Shown here: positions 8,069 to 15,778 of the stretch, piece after piece | Position numbering within the stretch: position 1 is the stretch's first letter | Layout: each line of letters begins with the position of its first letter | Assembly: GCA_028698185.1 (NCBI GenBank) | Contig: JAQVDW010000036.1 | Coordinates: 1-15,778 of the forward strand | Direction: 5' to 3' | DNA: 15,778 bases | Source: Erysipelotrichaceae bacterium | GTDB taxonomy: Bacteria > Bacillota_I > Bacilli_A > Erysipelotrichales > Coprobacillaceae | Notes under the pieces: model-generated | Told to the model about the DNA's origin: nothing | What the model saw: the letters and a program-made list of their open reading frames with translations, nothing else | The model's database searches: none | Made by a program: the position numbers and the translations under genes

Positions 8069-8097
8069 TTGACTTAACAAAGCCCCCTGGTTATCAT
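8069..8097 (+). promoter_or_regulatory. Promoter upstream of the 121-aa ORF
   Basis: TTGACT (8069-8074), 17-nt spacer, TATCAT (8092-8097). Confidence 0.5.
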
Positions 8098-8238
8098 GGG
8101 GGTGTCTTAGGGAGAGTAAGATGATCTAAGGAAAACCGCACTTGTTTGAATCACAGCTGCATTGATTAAAACAAGGTACACAAACAAATTTTAGGGGAAG
8201 CGGCCGGGAAAAGGGTTTCCGGCAAAGAGGGTCGTAGT
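8098..8238 (+). other. About 135-nt structured 5' leader of unknown class
   Basis: Three hairpins are visible. The first is TCTTAG (8105-8110) / CTAAGG (8126-8131). The second is CTTGTTT (8141-8147) / AAACAAG (8169-8175) with inner AATCA / TGATT. The third is GCCGGGAA..TTTCCGGC (8203-8223). An unpaired RBS GAGGG sits at 8227-8231. Confidence 0.3.
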
Positions 8239-8604
8239 TTGAAATTAACTCAGAATAATTTATTGACTATAGTCTTATTTGTATTGTTGGTCCTAGTTTT
8301 TGTTGAACTGATCGATCACCAGAGCTTTATCGCTTCAAATCAGGGCATGCACCATGAAGTCCAGGCCATCGTTGTCGCAGCGGACAACAGTGAAACCGGG
8401 CTTGCAGGTCCCCTGGTTCAAAGAAACCAGTATCTCACGGTGAGAGTTGCAGACGGTGATTTCAAAGGTGTCAGCTTCGACGCCGCCTACCGATGCCTGA
8501 CACTAGCGGGGTGGGGCAGGGCTTTGGATGTCCAGGACAGCGTGGTTGTCGACTTGAAAGTCGATGATTACGGTGATGTGACAGTGGTCCGGGTAATCAA
8601 CTAG
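8239..8604 (+). CDS. Membrane-anchored 121-aa protein resembling only the N-terminal extracytoplasmic segment of YibE/F-family proteins; possibly a truncated remnant
   Basis: TTG start 7 nt after GAGGG. One N-terminal TM helix (LLTIVLFVLLVLVFVELI). NQYLTVRVADGDFKGVSFDAAY...VQDSVVVDLKVDDYGDVTVV matches, from memory, the pre-membrane segment of YibE/F proteins. The ORF stops (TAG) where the polytopic domain should begin. Confidence 0.5.
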   Translation: MKLTQNNLLTIVLFVLLVLVFVELIDHQSFIASNQGMHHEVQAIVVAADNSETGLAGPLVQRNQYLTVRVADGDFKGVSFDAAYRCLTLAGWGRALDVQDSVVVDLKVDDYGDVTVVRVIN

Positions 8605-8872
8605 TCCGATGATAAGCCATTGTTGGTATCCAGCTCAAGATGATCAATGTGTTCCATCGAGGCGACTGTAGAGAAATAGTATCTGACTAAATTACTGACC
8701 ATAAGACGAAAAGATACAAGGGTGTAAGCAAGGCTGCCATCTTGCTATATTCATGCCAAACAAATGCTTAAACAAAAAAATCCTGGAGAGTGACCAATTG
8801 CAAACTTCCATCCATACAAATTTCCGGGACGCAACTATTTTACGATTTAATACCACCATACCTTTATCAATG

Positions 8873-8910
8873 CAAAAAAGCTGCCGGAGTGATATCACTC
8901 TTCGGTAGCT
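8873..8910 (-). terminator. Rho-independent terminator of the tgt-queA-queH operon
   Basis: On the minus strand: AGCTACCGAAGAGTGAT-ATCACTCCGGCAGCT followed by TTTTTTG. The core is a perfect 14-nt palindrome GAGTGATATCACTC. The 5' arm is formed by the last codons of queH, and the TGA stop (8895-8897) lies in the helix. Confidence 0.75.
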
Positions 8911-9539
8911 TTTTGCTCTTTATATACAAGCATCTGTTCATAGGAATAGATGCAGCCGCAATAGTTCTGGCGGTAGAGATTGAAGTCGCTGGCAATGGTG
9001 CATGATTTCTGATAGCCATTGTCTTTCTTGAAGTCGCTGAACAGCCACTTCGTATTTTTGGTCGCAAGCATCTCGCCGATCTGGTTGATCCACTGGCTGT
9101 TCTTGTGCGGTGAAACGCTCAAGGTTGTCGTGTAGTAATCAAAGTTGTTGCGGTTGGCATATTTGTACGCTTTTTCCATCCGCAGCTGGTAACAAAGATA
9201 ACAGCGTTTTCCGCCTTCCTTGACGTTGCCGTAGACTCCCAACTGGCACATGAAGATTTCCGGTTCGTAGGCGTCACTTACAACATGGATATTCGTATTG
9301 TTCTTGTGATTGTAGGCTCCGATGAAATCGAACAGTTCATCCTTGCGGCGGTAATATTCCTCGCTAGGGTAGATGTTGGAGTTTGAGAAATAGATGGTGA
9401 TCTCGAAACGTTCTTTCAAGCTGTCGATGATGTTGGTTGAGCAAGGTCCGCAGCAGGCATGGAGCAATAGGCTTGGCTTGCTGGATTTGATTTTTTCAAG
9501 TTCTTCCAAAAAATTTTGATGATAGTTGATCTTTTCCAT
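8895..9539 (-). CDS. queH: Epoxyqueuosine reductase QueH (DUF208 family)
   Basis: LLLHACCGPCS and GKRCYLCYQLR cysteine motifs are typical of DUF208/QueH. The ATG at 9539-9537 overlaps the queA TGA (9541-9539) by 1 nt (TGATG). The track's earlier start at 9542 is a TTG. Confidence 0.88.
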   Translation of the reverse strand: MEKINYHQNFLEELEKIKSSKPSLLLHACCGPCSTNIIDSLKERFEITIYFSNSNIYPSEEYYRRKDELFDFIGAYNHKNNTNIHVVSDAYEPEIFMCQLGVYGNVKEGGKRCYLCYQLRMEKAYKYANRNNFDYYTTTLSVSPHKNSQWINQIGEMLATKNTKWLFSDFKKDNGYQKSCTIASDFNLYRQNYCGCIYSYEQMLVYKEQKATEE

Positions 9540-10564
9540 CAAATGATGAACATGCTGTCGCCAAAGGAGAAGAAACGGTATTTCTGCTCGATGGCATGAT
9601 TGTAAGCCTTGAAGATCAGCTCTTTTGAAGCCAGGGCGCTGATAAGCATCAGCAGGGTTGATTTTGGAAGATGAAAATTGGTGATCAGGCTGTCAATGGC
9701 CTTGAACTGGTAGCCTGGAAAGATGAAGATGTCTGTCGCTTCGTTGGCTGGGGTGAATTTGCCGTATTTGGCGATGTTCGATTCGAGTACCCGGGTGCTG
9801 GTTGTCCCCACGGAGATTATCCGTTGGCCGTTCGCCTTTGCTTCGTTGAGCCTGTCTGCCACTGCCGGGGTCATGATGTAGAATTCGCTGTGCATCTTGT
9901 GGTCATCGACATTGTCGACCTTGACCGGCCGGAAAGTCCCCAGGCCGACATGCAGGGTGACATCGAGGATTTCGATGCCCTTTGCCTTTAGCTTCTCATT
10001 GATCTCAGGGGTGAAGTGCAATCCGGCGGTAGGCGCCGCTGCCGATCCCGGTTCCTTGGCATATACCGTCTGATAGCGGGATTGGTCTTCAAGCCGCTCC
10101 TTGATGTAAGGGGGCAGGGGCATTGTCCCGAGCTGTTCAATGACCTCCAGGAACACGCCCTGATAGACCATCTTGAAGATGCGGATACCTTCGTCCTTGA
10201 CGGCTACACAAACTGCCTTTAACGAACCGTCGCCAAAAGTGATCTCGGTGTCGAGCTTGACGATCTTGGCGTTGCCGACCAGACATTCCCAAGTGTCTTT
10301 TTCTAATTCGGTCAAGAGAAGGACTTCGACATGACCGCCGGTCGCTTCTTTTAGACCGAACAGACGTGCCGGCAGTACCTTTGAGTTGTTGCGCACCAGG
10401 ATGTCTCCGGGATTGAGATAATCGATGATGTCGTAGAAGTGTTTGTCTTCGATTTTGCCGGTGGCCCGGTCAAGGACCAGCAGTCTTGAAGTGTCGCGCT
10501 TTTCAACCGGATGCTGAGCGATGAGCTCTTCTGGCAAGTCGAAATCGAAATCGGATATTTTCAT
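9539..10564 (-). CDS. queA: S-adenosylmethionine:tRNA ribosyltransferase-isomerase
   Basis: Full-length 341-aa QueA: [39 protein letters not shown] and [10 protein letters not shown] motifs. Confidence 0.96.
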   Translation of the reverse strand: MKISDFDFDLPEELIAQHPVEKRDTSRLLVLDRATGKIEDKHFYDIIDYLNPGDILVRNNSKVLPARLFGLKEATGGHVEVLLLTELEKDTWECLVGNAKIVKLDTEITFGDGSLKAVCVAVKDEGIRIFKMVYQGVFLEVIEQLGTMPLPPYIKERLEDQSRYQTVYAKEPGSAAAPTAGLHFTPEINEKLKAKGIEILDVTLHVGLGTFRPVKVDNVDDHKMHSEFYIMTPAVADRLNEAKANGQRIISVGTTSTRVLESNIAKYGKFTPANEATDIFIFPGYQFKAIDSLITNFHLPKSTLLMLISALASKELIFKAYNHAIEQKYRFFSFGDSMFII

Positions 10565-10566
10565 AA

Positions 10567-11712
<1,146 letters not shown>

Positions 11713-11727
11713 CTAATAAACTTAATT

Positions 11728-11756
11728 ATTATATCTTAAGCAAACCAGAAATACAA
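11728..11756 (-). promoter_or_regulatory. Promoter of the tgt-queA-queH operon
   Basis: Minus strand TTGTAT (11756-11751), 17-nt spacer, TATAAT (11733-11728). The 5' UTR is short, about 20 nt. Confidence 0.55.
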
Positions 11757-11824
11757 GGAAAAATCAAGGTAAATCCAGGTTGGTTCCAGATGTGCCATTT
11801 TTTTCAAATAAATTCGATCAATAA

Positions 11825-11853
11825 CTGGAAAATCCTGCCAAAAGTGTTACAAT
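11825..11853 (+). promoter_or_regulatory. Promoter of the DUF898-like gene
   Basis: Extended -10 TGTTACAAT (11845-11853) with a weak -35 CTGGAA (11825-11830) at 17-nt spacing. Confidence 0.45.
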
Positions 11854-11878
11854 ATCAAAAAACAAGGGGGGATTTACT

Positions 11879-12184
11879 ATGGATGATTCATATTTCGATG
11901 GGGGACTGTTGCAGCTGATTTGCTGGACGTTGCTGGGAGTGGCGGTAACAATATGCAGTTTTGGGATTTGCCTGCCATGGGCTTACGTGATGATCTTTTC
12001 TTGGGAAGCCAAACACACGGTTATCGGTGGCCGCCGGCTTTATTTCGACGGAACGGCGCTGGGGCTGTTTGGCAGCTGGATCAAGTGGTGGTTTTTGACA
12101 ATAATCACTCTAGGCATATACGGTTTCTGGGTGGGCATCGCCCTGAAGAAATGGAAAGTGGCCCACACCCATTTTCAGTCGTAG
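11879..12184 (+). CDS. Small (101 aa) DUF898/YjgN-like membrane protein
   Basis: RBS AAGGGGGG, ATG at 11879. FDGGLL...SFGICLPWA...GGRRLYFDGTALGLFGSWIKWWFLTIITLGIYGFW reproduces one YjgN/DUF898 repeat unit (TLGIYxxW hallmark). Stop TAG. Confidence 0.75.
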   Translation: MDDSYFDGGLLQLICWTLLGVAVTICSFGICLPWAYVMIFSWEAKHTVIGGRRLYFDGTALGLFGSWIKWWFLTIITLGIYGFWVGIALKKWKVAHTHFQS

Positions 12185-12191
12185 CGTTTAA

Positions 12192-12218
12192 AGGGAGCGG
12201 ACAGTCGTCCCTTTTTTT
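12192..12218 (+). terminator. Rho-independent terminator
   Basis: Stem AGGGA(g)CGG / TCGTCCCT with loop ACAG, followed by a run of 7 T (12212-12218). Confidence 0.65.
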
Positions 12219-12241
12219 GAGTGGCTTGCATAAATCGTGCT

Positions 12242-12275
12242 TTGCCATTTAATTGCCACAGATTAGTTGTATAAT
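12242..12275 (+). promoter_or_regulatory. Promoter region of the DUF2202 lipoprotein gene with TTGCCA direct repeats
   Basis: TATAAT at 12270-12275. There is no -35 at canonical spacing. Instead TTGCCA occurs twice (12242-12247 and 12253-12258), 11 nt start-to-start. Confidence 0.4.
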
Positions 12276-12302
12276 GTACTTAGAAAGATGGAGGTGAGTG
12301 GA

Positions 12303-12911
12303 ATGAAATCCAGCACAATCAGAAATATTGGAGCCTTGTTTTTGGTTGGTACGATGTTGTTTGGATGTGCGGTAGATAACAGCGACACTACCGACGATAA
12401 CAACACCACCGACAACGGTGATGGCGGCGATACCACTGAAAATAGTGACAATAGTGGCGGCACAAGCGATAGCCAGACACTTTATGGTGCAACAGCGGTG
12501 AGCGAGAACACCGAGTATACCGTTGAACAGATGTTGACGTTCGCCATTCAAGATGAATACCTGGCCCATGAGGAATATACCCAAATCATCGCGACCTTCG
12601 GTGAGGTGAATCCTTTTGCGAACATTGTCAAAGCCGAGGAGAACCACATCGATGCTTTGACCCGGATGTTCGAAACATACAATTATGAAGTTCCGGCGGA
12701 TCTTGCCAAGAGCTATGTCGTACTTCCAGGCACATTGCTGGCCGCCTATCAAGCCGGCGTCGATGCGGAGAACAACAATATTGGAATGTATGAATTGTTC
12801 CTGACCAAGGAATTGCCTGATGATGTCCGCACGGTCTTTGAAGCGCTCAGGAGCGCATCGAATAACCATCTCGAAGCCTTCAATCTCCAGGTATCCAAAT
12901 ACAACACCTAG
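12303..12911 (+). CDS. DUF2202 (ferritin-like) domain lipoprotein
   Basis: RBS GGAGGTGA at 12290-12297, ATG at 12303. Signal peptide MKSSTIRNIGALFLVGTMLFGC has a lipobox. A D/N/T/G-rich linker follows. Ferritin-like motifs are FAIQDEYLAHEEY and KAEENHIDAL. The upstream in-frame Met at 12267 lacks an RBS. Confidence 0.82.
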   Translation: MKSSTIRNIGALFLVGTMLFGCAVDNSDTTDDNNTTDNGDGGDTTENSDNSGGTSDSQTLYGATAVSENTEYTVEQMLTFAIQDEYLAHEEYTQIIATFGEVNPFANIVKAEENHIDALTRMFETYNYEVPADLAKSYVVLPGTLLAAYQAGVDAENNNIGMYELFLTKELPDDVRTVFEALRSASNNHLEAFNLQVSKYNT

Positions 12912-12931
12912 AAATATCTGGTAACAACGAT

Positions 12932-12960
12932 AAACCACGCAATCGCCGCCGTGGTTTTTT
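12932..12960 (+). terminator. Rho-independent terminator
   Basis: 8-bp stem AAACCACG (12932-12939) / CGTGGTTT (12950-12957), 10-nt loop, T-run to 12960. Confidence 0.8.
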
Positions 12961-13008
12961 CGCGTCTGGCCCCGGGCCGGAATTCATCGCCTACCAGTGA
13001 AGAAATGC

Positions 13009-13036
13009 TTGACACTAATTGGTTATTTTGTATAAT
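13009..13036 (+). promoter_or_regulatory. Near-consensus SigA promoter of the GGDEF gene
   Basis: TTGACA (13009-13014), 16-nt spacer, TATAAT (13031-13036). Confidence 0.7.
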
Positions 13037-13082
13037 AAAGCTAATTGTGAAATGTATGAATTCGGTCGTCAATGAGGTTGTT

Positions 13083-14183
13083 ATGATATCAGGTCCGCTG
13101 CAGGCATATTTTAGTTCTTTGAGTGCTTTATTGTTGTTTTTGGTTATTGTTGTCAAATGTGATTTGTTGCAAAAAAGGACGCGCCAACTGTTCCTGATTG
13201 AAGCGGTTGTTTTGCTTATCCTTATCGCTTCAAGCTGGGGCAATTACGCCATCATCCACCAGTTCGATCCGGGCGATTATGTCCTGGTGAAGGAGATTCT
13301 TTTTTCGATCCAGTTCGTGCTATGTCCGGTGTCGCCATTGATGATTGTCCTTATATTCATGGATTATCCTAGCACCAAGTATGAAAAGCTGCTGTTTTTG
13401 CCGTTGATGGCTAATATTGTCATGGCGGTCGGCAGTATCTTCTATGACTGGGTTTTCTCTGTTGATCAATCCGGAACATACCACCGGGGACCGTGGTTTT
13501 GGATCACGTTTGCGGTCGCGTTTTTCTACATGCTTTCGATGCTCCATTTCTCATACCGTCAGAAGAACCGGTTGAACAAGCATGTCGAGACAGTACTGCT
13601 TTCGGGCATACTGCTCCTGATTGCCGCAGCGACCATGATCGAAATATTCTTCCGGGTCAGTTTCCTGATTTGGAGCACTACAGTTGTGACTGTGATCATC
13701 TATTACCTGTTCTTGACGGTCCAAATAATACTCTACGATCCTTTGACGGGTTGCTACAGCCGGATTGCCTATAGCAAGAAGTTGGGTCTGATCGATTCCT
13801 TGCGCGATTGCACCCTGGCGATGGTCGATGTCAATGACTTAAAAAGAATCAACGACCAGTTCGGCCATGAACAAGGTGATAAGGCTATCTGTGATGTGGT
13901 AAATGCGATAATGAGATTCAAGAGTTCGGATATGGACCTGTACCGGTTTGGGGGCGACGAGTTTGTCCTGTTGTCTTCGAAGTGTCGTGTCGAGAAGATG
14001 ACAAAGGTATTAAAGCAGGCTCAGGGGTACCTGAAAGAAAGCGAACCCGGTTATGTATCCTTCGCATACGGTGTGACTATCTACAATAAAAGGAACGACA
14101 TCCACGAAGCCATCGCCCAGGCAGATGAGATGATGTACCTGGCCAAGCAGTGTGAAAAGGGGTGTATCCCGAGTCTGGATTGA
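13083..14183 (+). CDS. Membrane-bound diguanylate cyclase (7-TM N-terminal domain plus GGDEF)
   Basis: GGDEF domain: DPLTGCYSR, MVDVNDLKRINDQFGHEQGD, and an intact RFGGDEFVLL active site. About seven hydrophobic helices precede it. The start is set at ATG 13083 (GAGG at 13074-13077); ATG 13056 is an alternative. The track start at 12951 lies inside the upstream terminator. Confidence 0.88.
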   Translation: MISGPLQAYFSSLSALLLFLVIVVKCDLLQKRTRQLFLIEAVVLLILIASSWGNYAIIHQFDPGDYVLVKEILFSIQFVLCPVSPLMIVLIFMDYPSTKYEKLLFLPLMANIVMAVGSIFYDWVFSVDQSGTYHRGPWFWITFAVAFFYMLSMLHFSYRQKNRLNKHVETVLLSGILLLIAAATMIEIFFRVSFLIWSTTVVTVIIYYLFLTVQIILYDPLTGCYSRIAYSKKLGLIDSLRDCTLAMVDVNDLKRINDQFGHEQGDKAICDVVNAIMRFKSSDMDLYRFGGDEFVLLSSKCRVEKMTKVLKQAQGYLKESEPGYVSFAYGVTIYNKRNDIHEAIAQADEMMYLAKQCEKGCIPSLD

Positions 14184-14212
14184 TTGACGATGATATCTAT
14201 TTGTGGTAATCT
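14184..14212 (+). promoter_or_regulatory. Possible internal promoter for the 99-aa ORF
   Basis: TTGACG (14184-14189, abutting the GGDEF TGA), 17-nt spacer, TAATCT (14207-14212), with an extended -10 TG at 14204-14205. Confidence 0.4.
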
Positions 14213-14239
14213 TATGGAAGTGAATAAGAAGGTGAAAAC

Positions 14240-14539
14240 ATGGAACTAGTTTTGGTTAGCGGGCAGTATCAAAAGTTGATTGAGAATCTTGAACAATTCC
14301 AGCATGATCAGATTCGAATCGAAATAACAAAGGTGAAATCGCCATATGTTTATTTCAAGGTTACCAGCGATATTGGCAAATCCGAGGTTATATCCAATAT
14401 TTCCCGGGCAATAAGAAGCGACAAAAACACAACAGGATTCGATTTCCAGATTTATGGATTTTATAGGGGCAAGATTGACTTTTTGACCTACATGACGGAT
14501 CAAAGTAAACAGCAGTACGATTACTACAAAAACAAATAA
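14240..14539 (+). CDS. Hypothetical 99-aa soluble protein
   Basis: RBS AAGGTGA at 14229-14235, ATG at 14240. No signal peptide, TM segment or motif that I recognise. A strong terminator follows. No terminator separates it from the GGDEF gene. Confidence 0.65.
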   Translation: MELVLVSGQYQKLIENLEQFQHDQIRIEITKVKSPYVYFKVTSDIGKSEVISNISRAIRSDKNTTGFDFQIYGFYRGKIDFLTYMTDQSKQQYDYYKNK

Positions 14540-14549
14540 TAATTATTCG

Positions 14550-14580
14550 ATGTCATGATGATCTCATGGCATTTTTGTTT
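14550..14580 (+). terminator. Rho-independent terminator
   Basis: 9-bp stem ATGTCATGA (14550-14558) / TCATGGCAT (14564-14572) with one G-U pair, loop TGATC, then TTTTGTTT. Confidence 0.8.
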
Positions 14581-14618
14581 GCCTGAAAATCAGGCAGAGC
14601 TTCGGTAAAAAGAGCCTG

Positions 14619-14647
14619 TTGGAAAAAGGACATTTCACTGCTATAAT
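14619..14647 (+). promoter_or_regulatory. Promoter of the RNA methyltransferase gene
   Basis: TTGGAA (14619-14624), 17-nt spacer, TATAAT (14642-14647). Confidence 0.55.
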
Positions 14648-14669
14648 AGAGGCGAAAGCGAGGCAAATT

Positions 14670-15778
14670 ATGAAATATTCATGTGATGTATTTAAGGCAT
14701 GTGGCAGCTGCCAATATATGGGAATCGATTATCAGGAACAATTGAAAAAGAAAACTGACTACGTGAAAAAACTGTTAAAAGATGCTCGTCTTACCAATAT
14801 CGAGGTGGCTCCCTGTCATCCTTCGAAAAATGAGATAGGATACCGCAACAAAGTGATTGTTGCCTTCGACAACAATTACAATTATGGCCTCTATGAAGAA
14901 GGCAGTCACAGGATTGTACCTTATCAAAGATGCCTGATTCATGATGAGGTTTCTGACAAGATTATCAAGTATTTACAAGGAATGTTCAAGAAGTACCGGG
15001 TTAGCATCTATGACAAGAAGAGAAGAAGGGGGCTGTTGCGCCATGTACTGATCCGCAGAGCTGTGGCAACAAACGAAACCATGGTGGTCATCGTATCCAA
15101 TGAAGACGAGTTCAAAGGTTCGAAGAACCTCTGCCAGGGACTGATCAAGGCTTTTCCAAGCGTGAAGACGGTCGTTCTCAATATCAACAAACGCGACACC
15201 TCGATTGTCCTAGGCGACAAGGAAAAAGTTCTCTATGGCAAAGGCTTTATCGTCGACAAGCTGTCAGGACTGTCATTCAAGATTTCCTCAAAATCGTTCT
15301 ACCAGATAAACCACGATCAGTGTGAAGAACTATACTCCTTTGGTTTGGGATTATTGAGTGCTGATTCTAATACGGTTTTGTTGGATACATACAGCGGGAT
15401 TGGAACAATAGGTATGATCGCATCCAATAAAGTCAAGGAAGTCATCAGTGTTGAACTCAACCGTGATGCCTACCAGGACGGAATCAATAACGCCAAGGCC
15501 AACAAGATCAATAACATCCGCTTCTACAATGATGATGCAACGAAGTTTATGGTAAAACAGGCACAAATGAGCAATAAGGTTGATATCGTCATCATGGATC
15601 CCCCAAGAGCTGGATCGACCCCGGAATTCATCCAGTCGGTGGGCAAGTTGCAGCCCAGAGAGGTACTCTACATCTCCTGCGATCCCAAAACTCAGGTAAG
15701 AGACATCCTGGAATTCCAGAAATACGGCTATTACACTAAAATCATTTACCCATTTGACATGTTTCCGCAAACTGAGCA
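14670..15778 (+). CDS. RumA/TrmA-family SAM-dependent RNA (uracil-5)-methyltransferase, 3' end outside the window
   Basis: This gene is not in the supplied ORF track. The frame stays open from ATG 14670 (GAGG 6 nt upstream) to the window end, by my manual translation. It has the 4Fe-4S cluster motif CDVFKACGSCQY plus a later Cys, the SAM-binding LLDTYSGIGTIG, DPPRAG, and the catalytic YISCDPKT. The antisense track ORFs at 15008-15220 and 15351-15770 are shadows. Confidence 0.92.
   Translation, partial: MKYSCDVFKACGSCQYMGIDYQEQLKKKTDYVKKLLKDARLTNIEVAPCHPSKNEIGYRNKVIVAFDNNYNYGLYEEGSHRIVPYQRCLIHDEVSDKIIKYLQGMFKKYRVSIYDKKRRRGLLRHVLIRRAVATNETMVVIVSNEDEFKGSKNLCQGLIKAFPSVKTVVLNINKRDTSIVLGDKEKVLYGKGFIVDKLSGLSFKISSKSFYQINHDQCEELYSFGLGLLSADSNTVLLDTYSGIGTIGMIASNKVKEVISVELNRDAYQDGINNAKANKINNIRFYNDDATKFMVKQAQMSNKVDIVIMDPPRAGSTPEFIQSVGKLQPREVLYISCDPKTQVRDILEFQKYGYYTKIIYPFDMFPQTE

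Noticed and set aside
8098-8238. Tried to assign the leader to c-di-GMP-I/II, yybP-ykoY (Mn), fluoride, guanidine or T-box classes
   Set aside because: The conserved cores I remember (GGCAAA..GACGCAAAGCC, GGGGAGUAG..UUGACA, GGYGAUGG..CUGAUGAU, ACGR loops, the T-box GGGUGGUACCGCG) are not present.
8692-9067. ORFs 8692-8898 (-), 8790-9005 (+) and 8867-9067 (-)
   Set aside because: They cross the queH terminator and/or overlap queH in wrong frames. They have no RBS.
9540-9542. TTG start giving MMEKIN for queH
   Set aside because: The adjacent ATG (9539-9537) forms a classic TGATG stop-start overlap with queA. The TTG is not needed.
12267-12302. Upstream Met (MYNVLRKMEVSG) for the DUF2202 lipoprotein
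   Set aside because: It has no RBS and overlaps the -10 element. ATG 12303 has a GGAGGTGA RBS and gives a canonical lipoprotein signal peptide.
12249-12938. 229-aa minus-strand ORF covering the whole DUF2202 gene
   Set aside because: It is an antisense shadow. It has no RBS or recognisable domain. The plus-strand frame has an RBS, a lipoprotein signal, ferritin-like motifs and a terminator, and the minus ORF would run through that terminator.
12971-12986. Adjacent CCCGGG (SmaI) and GAATTC (EcoRI) sites that look like a cloning polylinker
   Set aside because: They are only two 6-mers in a short GC-rich spacer, with no other vector-like sequence. Chance is the simplest explanation.
12951-13082. 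Track start (12951) for the GGDEF protein, adding 44 N-terminal residues
   Set aside because: The extension begins inside the upstream terminator stem and reads through the TTGACA/TATAAT promoter at 13009-13036. The first starts downstream of that promoter are 13056 and 13083.
15008-15770. Minus-strand ORFs 15008-15220 and 15351-15770
   Set aside because: They are antisense shadows of the RumA/TrmA-type methyltransferase gene, which is open in frame from 14670 to the window end.

Overview
This 15.8-kb chromosomal segment has Firmicutes-style expression signals: GGAGG-type RBSs, TTGACA/TATAAT promoters, hairpin+T-run terminators and three Cys-lipobox lipoproteins. I can support 17 protein-coding units. 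In order they are: the 3' part of a sensor histidine kinase (open from base 1); a transglutaminase-like lipoprotein; a LacI-family regulator divergent from a DUF1593 (nucleoside-hydrolase-like) lipoprotein; an AEC-family permease; a zinc-ribbon/2-TM gene interrupted by one in-frame TAA; RarD; a 51-aa highly charged peptide gene; a 121-aa ORF resembling only the N-terminal part of YibE/F proteins; a compact tgt-queA-queH queuosine operon on the minus strand; a DUF898-like mini membrane protein; a DUF2202 lipoprotein; a 7-TM GGDEF diguanylate cyclase followed by a 99-aa orphan; and the first 1.1 kb of a RumA/TrmA-type RNA m5U methyltransferase. That last gene is absent from the supplied ORF track because it runs off the window end. 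I found no rRNA, tRNA, CRISPR array, transposase/integrase, or recognisable defence or toxin-antitoxin module. I do not see a convincing novel multi-gene system here. The items most worth a second look are the interrupted zinc-ribbon gene, the coding-poor 1.07-kb block (7822-8894) with a structured leader and an apparent gene fragment, the GGDEF plus 99-aa orphan pair, and the lower-GC LacI/DUF1593 module with a cre-like operator. All family assignments rest on motif recognition by eye and need HMM or BLAST confirmation.
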